Assembly (NCBI RefSeq): GCF_006345805.1
Contig: NC_043006.1
Span: forward strand, 3,348,001-3,412,000
Source of the DNA: Octopus sinensis
Taxonomy: Eukaryota
Reading direction: 5' to 3'
DNA: 64,000 nucleotides
Shown: piece by piece, positions 52,165 through 63,559 of the stretch
Layout of the letters: the number at the start of each line of letters is the position of its first letter
Numbering within the stretch: position 1 is the stretch's first letter
Program-made: the position numbers and the translations under genes
Notes under the pieces: generated by a model
What the model was told of the DNA's origin: nothing
Databases searched by the model: none
The model's input: only the letters and a program-made list of their open reading frames with translations

Positions 52165-52510
52165 AGAGGTAAAGCCCCCCTTCGATCCTGAATGACCATG
52201 GGATTGCACCTATAACGTTAGCCTCGGTGGCACAAATCCGAGCAAGGATGTTTACTGTAGTAGATCAGTAGTCACCCATGCATACCAGCATCCCCTCTCC
52301 GCGCCACTGATGTTATCCAAGGGCGAGGCAGAGGCCGACACAGCTTGGCATCAGTGACGTTGCAACTCATTTCTACAGCTGAGTGAACTGGAGGAACGTG
52401 AAATAAAGTGTCTTGCCCAAGAACACAACACATAGCCCGGTCCGGGAATCGAACTCATTACCTCATGATTCTGAGTCTGACGTTCTAACCACTGAGCCAT
52501 GCGCGTTCAC
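52165..52510 (-). mobile_element. tRNA-derived SINE family C
   Basis: A box TGGCTCAGTGG, B box GAGTTCGATTCC; body matches 26765-27092. Confidence 0.85.
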
Positions 52511-52544
52511 TACTTTTGAGTTATACTTTATCTTTATTTTATAG

Positions 52545-52710
52545 AAAAGCAATGCCCATGATCCCTTACAGACCAACCGAGATTCTTGGTGGTCATAATA
52601 AAACTGAATCCGAAAAGCTTGATCAAATGTTTACAACAGAACAAACCCTGCGACAAGCAGCCAAAGTGCCAGGTGATGATGGTGGTGGTGCTAAACCGAA
52701 CAATAGATAA
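52545..52710 (+). CDS. Candidate terminal coding exon of an unidentified gene
   Basis: Acceptor tttatctttatttttatag|; phase-2 frame KAMPMIPYRPTEILGGHNKTESEKLDQMFTTEQTLRQAAKVPGDDGGGAKPNNR*; non-repetitive composition; AATAAA at 52851-52856 followed by a U-rich tract. Confidence 0.45.
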
Positions 52711-53126
52711 AATATCCAATGAAAATATTAAAGTTTTACATAAGCGTTATAATTTATCAGCAGCTGTCCGAAACCTTGTTTGCACAACGGATCAATTTCA
52801 TGCAATACAATTTATCTGCGGGCCAGCGGGTCACGCGCATAACAAAATAGAATAAATTGCATTTTATTGTATATTAATTACTGTTTTTTTTCTTCTAATT
52901 CTTTTATTGATTTACCTGTTCAGTCTTTGGAATGCAGTCATAGTGGGTCATCGACTTGAAGGTCTTTTAGTCCAACAAATCGATCTCAATGGTACTTCTT
53001 CTATCAGTTCTCCGTGCCCAACCATTAAGTTACGGAGACGTAAACAAACCAACTCCCGTTGTCAAGCAGTAGTGCGAAACAAGCACAAAGACTCTCACAT
53101 ACACAAACGTGTATGTATCTATGCAC

Positions 53127-53192
<66 letters not shown>

Positions 53193-54092
53193 GCACATAC
53201 ACGCACGTAAGCGCACACACGCACACAAGTACACGCACGCACATTACACCCACACAACTCCAACCCCCCCCCACACACGCATACACAAATTCACATACAC
53301 ACCGATACATATACATATACATACACACAATATATGCCTACACGCGCACACACACATACACATACGTATACACATATAGACACAGACACACACACATGCA
53401 CACAAAAACATGCGCACACATACGTACGCACACACGCACACGAATGCACACACCCAAAACTCACAAACCCACGGATACACGTATATACACCCATATACGC
53501 TTACACATACACATACAAACGCACACGTACACGCAAACAAAACTACACGCACATACGACACGCACGCACATACATACACACATACACACAATTATACATA
53601 CATGTATACATACATACGCACGTACAAGCACACACGCACACATACACTAAGTAAAGCACAGTTATTCGCCACACACCCAATCTCTACGCATACACACATG
53701 AACATACACATACATGCACACACACACTACAAACAAAACACACACACGATACATATACATACACACACATACTTCAATCCAGCAATACCTACTACTTGAC
53801 CTGTGGTAGAGACAAAAGGCGCCACTCCCAAATTCCTTCTTCCTCGACCTTAACACTACTAGCCCTACAACACGCATTGATTAATAGCCACAACCACACA
53901 CACATACACACACACAATGTGTCATCATTGCACACATACACACATACACACACACGCACACGCAAACCTCCGCGTACGCACATATCCACACTTACACACA
54001 CATTCCTCCTCCTCTACCACTCTCCTGTCTTGAAAGTAATACTCTCCTGTCTTTGAAAAAACCTTTCTTCACCCATTTCCTTCCGGTCTTTC

Positions 54093-54293
54093 AAAATGTG
54101 ACCGCGTGTGTACAGTTGGCGATTTTTTTTCCTCTGTCTTCCCTTCTCTGGATCTTTTCTCCTCGTATGTTTCCGACGAAGAGCTCCGCTCGAAACGTTA
54201 AACCCTCCTTCTTTCCTTCTTTCCTGACCGTCCAATAATACTATATTTGTTCCACGTCCTCGCGTTGTTTTTTTTGTGCTTTCTTGTTTGGAT

Positions 54294-54300
<7 letters not shown>
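54093..54300 (+). mobile_element. Solo PLE pseudo-LTR with hammerhead motif (54169-54203, CCGACGA core), followed by (TA)n
   Basis: Near-identical to 38885-39066 and 62327-62533. Confidence 0.8.
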
Positions 54301-54329
<29 letters not shown>

Positions 54330-54335
<6 letters not shown>

Positions 54336-54642
54336 GACACACATACATACATACATACATACATACATACATACATACAAACATACATACATACATACAT
54401 ACATACATACATACATTCATTCATACATACATACATACATATATACATACATACATGCAATACATACATACATACACACATACATGCATACATACATACA
54501 TACATACATACACACATACATACATACACACATACATACATACATACATAAATACATACATACATACATACATACATACATACATACATACACACATACA
54601 TACATACATACACACACATACATACATACATACATACATACA

Positions 54643-54674
<32 letters not shown>

Positions 54675-54675
54675 A
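54330..54675. repeat. (TACA)n microsatellite
   Basis: Direct reading. Confidence 0.95.
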
Positions 54676-55084
54676 ACACACACGTACACAACGGGTTTCT
54701 TTCCGTTTTCCTCTACCAAATCCACTCAGAGGCTTTGGTTGGCTCGAGGTTACAGTAGTAAAGACTAAACCAAGGTGCCACGCAGAGGGACTGACCCCGG
54801 AGCTATGTGGTTGCCAAGAAAACTTCTTACGACACACCCTTACATTGCATATATATTACATATGTAATGCAAAAGGCAGCCTGCAGATTGCGTTTGTAAA
54901 TAAAATAAAATAAAATGCACTTTAATTTTGTTTTTCCTCTGTGCGGCCCGAAACCAAATGATCCACGGCTCGGTTCAAGTCCGAGCCTCGGCACTGGTCC
55001 GCTGGTTGCGGAACCCTGACCGGAAAAACTAACAATATATTCATGAAACTTGTATTCATTTGATAAGGTCATAATATATTCTTT

Positions 55085-56155
55085 TCTAGTTTAGGCACGA
55101 GACCCGAAATTCTTGGGGAGAGAACCAGTCGATTAGATCGACCCCAGTGCGTAACTGGTACTTAATTTATCGATCCCGAAAGGCAAAGTCGATCTCGGTG
55201 GAATTTAAACCAATAACGTAAAGACAAACGAAATACCTATTTCTTTACTACCCACAAGGGGCTAAACACAGAGAGGACAAACATGGACAGACGAACGGAT
55301 TAAGTCGATTACATCGACTCCAGTGCGTAACTGGTACTTATTTCATCGACTCCGAAAGGATGAAAGGTAAAGTCGACCTCGGCGGAATTTGAGCTCAGAT
55401 CGTAGTGGCAGACGAAATACCTATTTCTTTACTACCCACAAAGGGCTAAAAACAGAGGGGACAAACAAGAACAAACAAACGGATTAAGTCGATTACATCG
55501 ACCCCAGTCCATCACTGGTACTTAATTTATCGACCCCGAAAGGATGAAAGGCAGAGTCGACCTCGGCGGAATTTGAACTCAGAACGTAACGGCAGACAAA
55601 ATACCACTGAGCATTTCGCCCGGCGTGCTAACGTTTCTTATTTCTTTATTGCCCACAAGGGGTTAAACATAGAGAGTATTTATTTAATCGACCCCGAAAG
55701 GATGAAAAGCAAAGTCGACCTCGGCGGAATTTGAACCAAGAACGTAGCGGCAAACGAAATACCTATTTCGTTACTACCCACAAGGGGCTAAACATAGAGA
55801 GGACAGACAAACGGACTAAGTCGATTATATCGACCCCAGTGCGTAACTGGTACTTATTTAATCGACCCCGAAAGGATGAAAAGCAAAGTCGACCTCGGCG
55901 GAATTTGAACCAAGAACGTAGCGGCAAACGAAATACCTATTTCGTTACTACCCACAAGGGGCTAAACATAGAGAGGACAGACAAACGGACTAAGTCGATT
56001 ATATCGACCCCAGTGCGTAACTGGTACTTATTTAATCGACCTCGAAAGGATGAAAAGCAAAATCGGCGGAATTTGAACTCAGAACTTTGCGACAGGCGAA
56101 ATACCTATTTCTTTACGCCCGGCGTGCTAACGGTTCTGCCAGCTCACCGCCTTTA
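55085..56155 (-). repeat. Head-to-tail multimer of SINE family A (six B-box-containing units of ~160-185 bp)
   Basis: cggyggaattt.a motif near 55197, 55380, 55563, 55721, 55897 and 56064; recurring junction gaaatacc|tatttc(t/g)ttactacccacaaggg. Confidence 0.9.
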
Positions 56156-57187
56156 AGGATTTATATATATAAAATAGAACAAATATAGTGTCACTCAAAT
56201 GTACAATTATGATTGTAACTAAATTTATTGGCCTTTATTTCATGTTATTTATTTCTTTTTCACCGTATTGCTTTAAGTTCTACAAACTTCAGTAAATTAT
56301 CCCACAGCTGAATATACACAACTACTGATGATCGATTAAATAATCTGGCTTCATTCTGCAAATCATTTCTCTAAGCGAGTTTATGTACATCAAGCTTTTT
56401 TTTTCACTCATACGCTGTGTTGAGTCTCCTGTGATTTTCGTCGCTGTGTTGTGTTTATTAAAGACTGTTCTGTAAGGTGAGAGAACATAGCACATTGTAC
56501 CTCGGCTAATGTCACGGCTGACGACTAATCTAAACGAGGGTGTTAAGTCTCTCCCTTTGCAAATGCCTCATATCATACTTATTCACTCTTTTATGCCATA
56601 CTTTTATAACAGACATTCCTTCACGGTTAGTGTAAATAATGCTTTGCGTACATCGACTCTAACGGTAGACATCTCTGTAGAAAGCAAGGAAAGAAAAGCA
56701 TAAGGACAAAAATTATGATAAATACACGGTTATTCAGATAAACAAATAAACATCTCAATTGAATAAATAGATGAATAAATAAATAAATAAATAAATAAAT
56801 AAATTCTTTCTGAAAGTTGTTCCACCCAGATCAACTTGATTGCGTTGGACGGGAATTTCTGAAAGGTTTTGCTATGAAAGCGGCGGTGTATTGAAGTTAT
56901 AACGGCAACTAAGTGAATCAACAAACAACTAAATAAACAGATGAAGAGATAAAAGCAAATTAGGTCTGTTAAAGAATGCACAACCTCACAGCTTTCATAT
57001 TATTTGCGTTCCAGTGTTTTATTATAATGTTATCATCATCATTATTACGATTTTTATTATTACTAACATCATCATCATCATCATCATCATCATCATTATT
57101 ATTATTATTATTGTTATTATTATTATTGTTATTATTAACATCATTATTATTATTGCTGTTGTTATTGCTGTTGTTGTTGCTGTTGTA

Positions 57188-57226
<39 letters not shown>

Positions 57227-57228
<2 letters not shown>

Positions 57229-60173
57229 TTTTTTTTTCTTCTTTCAAATTTGCTTCCATTTCTTGCCGAGTGTCTTCCCGACTCCTAGGGCAAAGAAACT
57301 CATAGTATACATTGGTAGGCCATTAAACCAAACTCAGTAGTTCGTTCATTTTTTTTTTTTTTTTTTAAATACATGAGCAGCAACAGTTCTCACATCGACA
57401 ATGCTCTTCTCAATACGTGTGATGTACCAGTTAAGACAATCTTTTGCACTTCTTGCAGGGATGGTAAGCCAGGGATCATTCTCATATAATTTTCGCTTCC
57501 CTTCTTGATCATTCCTAGTGCTCCTACGATCACTGGTATTGTAACCGCCTTGAGATGCCACATTTTCTCAATTTCAATGAGTAGGTCTTTATATTTTCTG
57601 AGCTTGTCAAACTCTTTCGCTGAGATATTATGATCACAGGGGATGCTCATGTCGATCAATAAGCAAACTTTATTGTTTTGGTCTTTCACAACAATATCTG
57701 GTTTATTGGCCTTGATGGTTCGGTCTGTATGTACTGAAAAGTTCCACAGAATCGTTACATTTTCTCCTTCAGTTACAGCCTCAGGGAGGTGATTATACCA
57801 CTTGTTGGCAGTTTTGATATTGTAATGCCGACTTATTAGCCAATGTAGATATTGGCCAAATCTGTCATGTCTTAATTTATACTCCACTGGTGCTAAGACT
57901 TTACATCCAGAGATTAGGTGGTCCACTGTTTCAATCATGTCATTGCAGAATCGGCATTTTGGGTCTGCTCCATTTTTCAGTACATTGGCCTGGTAGTTCC
58001 GGGTTAATAGGCTTTGATCTTGAGCAGCCAGGATGAAACCTTCGCTCTCTGCTTTTAGCCCTGAGCTCCGTAGCCACTGATGGGTTTGCTTCTGGTCAAC
58101 ATCAGCTTGTTTGCTGCGGGCCACATATTTGCCGTGCAGAGGTTTCTCCTCCCACCTATCAGCCAATTGCTCGTGCGCTTTTTTCGTTGCTATTATTTTC
58201 ACCTTCTTTGCAACAATTGTTGCCGTACTTCCCTCGGGTTGTTCAGTTTGGGTATCCTGCACGAGATCAATAGCAAATTTTTTGCTTTCCTTTATGATAG
58301 AATGAAGCTTCTTTCGTCTCTCGTGATTTTCCACGAGCTTTAGCATCCAGTCATTCGTTATTTCGAGATATTTGGCCAGTTCAATTGTGGTTGTTTTGTA
58401 AGCTAGTTCAAATTGGATCAGGCCTCGACCTCCTTGGGCTCTGGGGAGGTAAAGGCGATCTACGTCTGCCTTTGGGTGGTGCATCCTATTACAACTCAGC
58501 AGCTTGCGTATTTTCCTATCTATATTCTTTACTTCACTCATATTCCAGTTCAACACATTGTAGCTATAAGTAACAACTGGAACTGCTAAGGAATTTATAG
58601 CTAACACCTTGTTACGTGCATTTAGTTCAGATTTCAGGACTGCACGAACTCTCCTATAACATTCCTTCCTGATCTTCTCTTTCATGCTTGCATGCTGAAT
58701 ACCAGAGCCTTCATTTATCCCTAAATATTTGTATGTTTGTTCTTGCTCAAGCTCTCTTATGACTGTGTCAACATCTAACACGACTGAATTTGTGGTCTTC
58801 ACTTTCCCTTTCTGGAAAGTGGCCTTGGCACACTTCTCAAGTCCAAACTCCATCCCGATGTCATCGCTGAATGCTTTCAAAGTGCGCAATAGGCCTTCAA
58901 GTTCATTATTGTCTTTACCATAGAGTTTTAAGTCATCCATATAAAATAGATGGCTTATTTTTTTATTGGCAATTTTATACCCATATCCTGTTCTATTTAA
59001 TTCACTTGTAAGGGGTATTAGGGCTATGCAGAATATTAAAGGTGAAAGTGAGTCACCTTGAAAAATTCCACAGTTGATGTTTATATTTTCTGAGGCAAGT
59101 ACTCCATTAGAGTGGTATAATTGGAGATTCGTATTCCACAACGACATATTGTGCTTCAGGAAGTTTGAAATCACAGGGGAAATTTTGAAGATGTCCAGCG
59201 ATCTTAAGATCCATGGATGCGGTATACTGTCGAAGGCCTTTTTATAGTCAATCCATGCGGAGCTGAGATTTCTGCGCTTGTTGTGAAAGTTCTCAAGGAT
59301 CATACGATTAATTAGCAGTTGATCTTTGCATCCGTAAGAGCCTCGGCGGCACCCTTTTTGTTCAATGGGGAAAATATCGTTCTTCTCCATGAATGCATAT
59401 GTTTTCTCCGCCAGGATAGATGTTAGGATTTTATACGTGGTGGATAGACAGGTTATAGGCCGATAGTTTTTTGGAAGGTTGGTTTCGTTATTCTTTGGGA
59501 GTAGGTAAGTAATACCACTTGCTAACCATTCAGGTATTTTCTTTGGGTCTCTCATAATTCCATTGAGCAGCTGAACTAACTTACCGTGTGCGCATGGGAG
59601 CGATGCGAGCCAGAAATTCGGCACCCTATCTTTACCGGGAGATTTCCAATTATGGGCCTTCGTGAGTGCCTTTCTTAGGTCTGCTATTGTGATGTCTTCC
59701 CATGCTTGTTGTTGTAAATTTTGGTAGGATCCTTCAGTTTGTATAATCCAGTCTGCATTAATGTTGTACGTCTTCTTGTCACTCCAAATCCTTTTCCAAA
59801 AGTTTGAACTTCTTCTATGGGAGGGGGTCTTTAACGGTTACTTTCTCCTTCCCTATTTCTCTGTAGAATTTTTTGGCATTGGATGTGAACAGCTTAGTTT
59901 GCTTGTAAAACTTGTTTCTCTTCTCAAATCTTCGTATTCTTTGGGCTCTTGCTTGGACTTTTTGTTTCAGCGTTTCTTTTATTGATGTCAGTTCTTTTCT
60001 TGGTGAGGATCCAAATTTTCTCTTCATCTTTCTTCCTGTTCTGGATCTTACATCATTTCCACATATTAGTTCATTTAATATTGATATTTCCCCTCTCATA
60101 AATTCAATCTCTTTTTCAATTTTACTTCTCCAGGATTGATTTCTTCCCAGGTTTGGTTTTCTTTGTTTTTTTG

Positions 60174-60177
<4 letters not shown>
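57227..60177 (-). mobile_element. Young 5'-truncated R4/Dong-clade non-LTR retrotransposon inserted in (TAA)n
   Basis: RT-CCHC-RLE ORF; 3'UTR ends gaaagaagaaaaaaaaag followed by (TAA)n; both junctions lie in ATT repeats; upstream frame 59815-60177 joins via two 1-nt homopolymer frameshifts. Confidence 0.92.
57390..59624 (-). CDS. Reverse transcriptase, zinc knuckle and restriction-like endonuclease (744 aa uninterrupted, N-terminally incomplete)
   Basis: NYRPITCL, QKGCRRG, WIDYKKAFDS, GIFQGDSLSP, HLFYMDDLKLY, CRFC..ETVDHLISGC, NKPDIVV..LIDMSIP..KLRKYKDL. Confidence 0.92.
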   Translation of the reverse strand: MPNFWLASLPCAHGKLVQLLNGIMRDPKKIPEWLASGITYLLPKNNETNLPKNYRPITCLSTTYKILTSILAEKTYAFMEKNDIFPIEQKGCRRGSYGCKDQLLINRMILENFHNKRRNLSSAWIDYKKAFDSIPHPWILRSLDIFKISPVISNFLKHNMSLWNTNLQLYHSNGVLASENININCGIFQGDSLSPLIFCIALIPLTSELNRTGYGYKIANKKISHLFYMDDLKLYGKDNNELEGLLRTLKAFSDDIGMEFGLEKCAKATFQKGKVKTTNSVVLDVDTVIRELEQEQTYKYLGINEGSGIQHASMKEKIRKECYRRVRAVLKSELNARNKVLAINSLAVPVVTYSYNVLNWNMSEVKNIDRKIRKLLSCNRMHHPKADVDRLYLPRAQGGRGLIQFELAYKTTTIELAKYLEITNDWMLKLVENHERRKKLHSIIKESKKFAIDLVQDTQTEQPEGSTATIVAKKVKIIATKKAHEQLADRWEEKPLHGKYVARSKQADVDQKQTHQWLRSSGLKAESEGFILAAQDQSLLTRNYQANVLKNGADPKCRFCNDMIETVDHLISGCKVLAPVEYKLRHDRFGQYLHWLISRHYNIKTANKWYNHLPEAVTEGENVTILWNFSVHTDRTIKANKPDIVVKDQNNKVCLLIDMSIPCDHNISAKEFDKLRKYKDLLIEIEKMWHLKAVTIPVIVGALGMIKKGSENYMRMIPGLPSLQEVQKIVLTGTSHVLRRALSM

Positions 60178-60222
<45 letters not shown>

Positions 60223-60570
60223 CATTATTATTATTGTTGTTGTTATTGCTGTTGTTGTTGCTGTTGTAATTATTATTATTATTATTATTGGTAGAATCGT
60301 GGGGATAATGGCGGTGATTAAGGATTAGACTGTTGCTCGGTTGATTGGTTGGTTGGTTGGTTGGTTAGTGCTGTTCTTCCTCTTGTTGTTACAAACGACA
60401 GTAGTGTTAACAATGTCGGTAGTGGTGTCGGTAGTGGTGCTGTTGCTGCTGTTATTGTTGTTAAGACTCCGGTCCCTAGAATGTAATGTTTCATTTGAGG
60501 TATTTAGGCTTCTTTTTCTTGCAGGCCGAGCATCGCCGAAAAGACTCTCCTGCTGATAAGAGCGCAAAGG

Positions 60571-61020
60571 AAGGCGGTGAGCTGGCAGAAACGTTAGCAC
60601 GCCGGGCGAAATGCTATCGGTATTTCGTCTGCTGCTGCGTTCTGAGTTCAAATTCGGCCGAGGTCGACTTTGCCTGTCGATTAAATAAGTACCAGTTATG
60701 CACTGGGGTCGATGTAATCAACTTAATCCGTTTGTCTGTCCTTGTTTGTCCCCTCCATGTTTAGCCCCTTCTGGGCAATAAAGAAATAAGGAATCAATTT
60801 TCAATAGTGTCATGTTGACCATTAAAAAAATAAGCGGCAAGCTGGCAGAATCGTTAACAAGCAGCGTAGACTGTTTAGCAGCGTTTCGTCAGTCTTCATA
60901 TTTTGAGTTCAATTTCATCTTTTCGAGTTCGATAAAGTACCAGTTGAGTACTGAGGTTGATATAATCGACTTAACTCTTCCCCGAAATTGCTGGCTTTAT
61001 GCCAAAATTTGAAACCAATA
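60571..61020 (+). mobile_element. Two adjacent SINE family A copies (60571-60790, 60829-61020)
   Basis: Heads aaggcggtgagctggcagaaacg and gcggcaagctggcagaatcg, with the family core. Confidence 0.85.
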
Positions 61021-61279
61021 TCCGACTGATCAGTTCGTATAAAACGCTCGGGCTTGGTCTTCCGGATAATTCAAGATACAAGTATCTACTTAGTTTGTCG
61101 ATTGCCTTTAGGCGGCTGTACTATTGGGCACATGTTTACTCGACGTTAACCGCCAATGTAGTTCATCTCGTATCTGTACTCAACCCCAACCTCTTGCGCT
61201 CTTTCTAAAGATGAAGTTACTTTTGTTGTTTTCATGCAAAAAGCAGTTACACAGTAATTTAGGAGCTACAGATATCATC

Positions 61280-61990
61280 ATGCGGTTTGTTGACAACACA
61301 TCTCAAATCTCGAGAACTTTCCTCGCAGTATACAGAATAGCACTTTTTTCTGCATGTCGATAATACATCTTTCACTTCTTAAATCCTTCAACCTCTCAGG
61401 TTGAATGTCAAGCTGAGTGCACCAATAACCACAATGTTTTTATCTCTCGGGATAGGTCCTAATTTTGTCAGTCTCCTTGATAAAAACCCTTTTGTATTAT
61501 AGTATTGCAAAGTCTGTAACCTTTACACTGTTCTTTTTGTTTTCCCCAATCATATGTGTGTTTGCTTCAATAGTATGATCAGTCTCTATACGGAAATCCC
61601 TTAAAATCTCGCATTGGTCACAATCATCATTTCAAATCCTCTAAACTTGGCTAAAATAATGCCCTATTCTGTGTTTATACTCTATTTCAGCTCGCTCTTT
61701 CTACATTCTAAGGTGATGTGAACATTTTCGTCCCCTTTTCCATAGATTCTTCGTTTGCTGCCTGTTTAAAGTCTATCGTGTTGCCTCTTTAACAAATTCA
61801 TCCTGATGGCTTGTTCCTAGTGGTTATGATTAATGATTCGGATTATCGCATCAAATGATCGCTTCAGGTGATCGCTTCGGATATCCATCTCACTACAACC
61901 AGCTTTCTTCATTTCCTTCCTCACTAAATACAAAATCCGAAACATGCAATACCTTCTAAATTTAACAAACCTCCCTTTCTACCTCCCTTC
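61280..61990 (-). pseudogene. Degenerate R4/Dong 3' fragment, same older family as 3150-4166
   Basis: Minus remnants ILRDFRIETDHTIEAN; 3' end ctcgagatttga...ttg(t/a)caac shared with ~3170-3195. Confidence 0.65.
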
Positions 61991-62326
61991 TTGAAAAAAA
62001 AAACAAACAAACAGAGGATATGAATATAACATATACGGTAAAATGTATTATACACTGTGAGCAGCTTCCTGGATCTTGTAGTAGTGTTTTTGTTACGTAA
62101 GGAATTCATCAGTATCATCTTCATCATCATCGTCATCATTGTCATCATCATTATCGTCGTCATCATCATCATCCTTATCGTCATCGTCATCGTCATCATC
62201 ATCAAATACATTATAGCCACGATCATCCTGTCTATGGCATATGCAGGATATTCATTCTAAAGTTAATTAACCGTTCTTGAATTCGTAAATTAAGTAAATC
62301 TATTATATATATATACATATATATAA

Positions 62327-62533
62327 AGTTAATCCAAACAAGAAAGCACAAAAAAACACAACAACGCGAGGACGTGGAACAAATATAGTATTATTGGACG
62401 CTCAGGAAAGAAGGAAAGGAGGGTTTAACGTTTCGAGCGGAGCTCTTCGTCAGAAACATAGGAAAAGGAAAGATCCAGAGAAGGGAAGACAGAGGGAAAA
62501 AAATCGCCAACGGTGCACACGAGGTCACATTTT
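62327..62533 (-). mobile_element. Solo PLE pseudo-LTR with a canonical-core hammerhead (62423-62457, CUGACGA)
   Basis: Minus GTTT-CTGACGA-a-GAGC(tcc)GCTC-GAAA-CGTT-AAAC. Confidence 0.82.
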
Positions 62534-62989
62534 ATATATATTTACTGGATACGATTTACGTACGGTGTGACGGTTAAAATCTTAGGAGTATTCCTCCCAT
62601 TTAATTTTAGTATGAAAACTACACACTACGGGTACGTTAATAACTTATGTGATTTACTGGAGGAGAAGCTGCTACGTGGAGACTCCCTCGTGATATCGAT
62701 AAGGATAGTGGAGCTGGTGTGGAGAAGGTGAGGGAGTTACAGCTGTTGTTATTTAGCCACAGGTCAGACATGATTGAGTTTAACCTTATAGAAACCGCTA
62801 CAGTTGCGATTGTTCTTTCTTTTTGTGTATCTAAAATATTTTACATGGTACAGTGTGATTTGAGGGAAGTTAGCTACTATATCTATCCGTTCGGATGACT
62901 GCCACTCAGAGGTTTCATCTTTGGCTTTTGGAATTAGTAGTAAAGCTGTAATGTGCAAGAATCAATGATATCGTTGTTAATATTATGAT

Positions 62990-63420
62990 ATCGTATAATG
63001 CGACAGTCTGGCTGAATGCTTTGCGACATTTTGTCTGTCATTACTTTATGAGTTCGAATTCCGTTCTGATCGACTTTGCCTTTCATCACTCTGGGATCGA
63101 AAGAGTTAGTACTTGTTGAACACTGGAGTCGATGTAATCGATTTATCCTCTCTCCCAAAATTGTTAACCTTGTGCCAAAACTTGAAATCAATACTATTAT
63201 ATCGTATAAAACAGCAAGCTGGCAGAATCGTTAGCACGCCAGGCTTAGCGAAATTTCGTCCGTCTTTACGTTCTGAGTTCAAATTCCACCGAGTTCGACT
63301 TTGCTTTCATCCTCTAGAGATCGATAAAATAAGTACCAGTTGAGCTCTGGGGTCGAGTTAATCAACTTAGCCCATCCGCCGAAATTTCAGGCCTTGTGCC
63401 AACACGTGGAACCAGTATCA
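62990..63420 (+). mobile_element. Two SINE family A copies
   Basis: Family core repeated twice; second head gcaagctggcagaatcgttagcacgcc at ~63215. Confidence 0.75.
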
Positions 63421-63559
63421 TAATGTCGTTGACAGGACCGGCTTCTGTTTAGTAATGATGGTATGTTTCGTTGTTCTTTATGTTGTGACGTATTAGAGTT
63501 GGTTACTACCAATATGACAAAAGATGTTCCATTTGTGACTGTCCCGTCTCTTTTCGTTA

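Noticed and set aside
52907-54913. Many HTHT/YIYI/MYVC ORFs here and elsewhere
   Set aside because: (CA)n, (TA)n and (TACA)n artefacts.
55085-56155. CRISPR-like or novel coding tandem array (ORF 55731-56156)
   Set aside because: Units are ~170-bp SINE bodies with no unique spacers and no cas genes; the context is eukaryotic.
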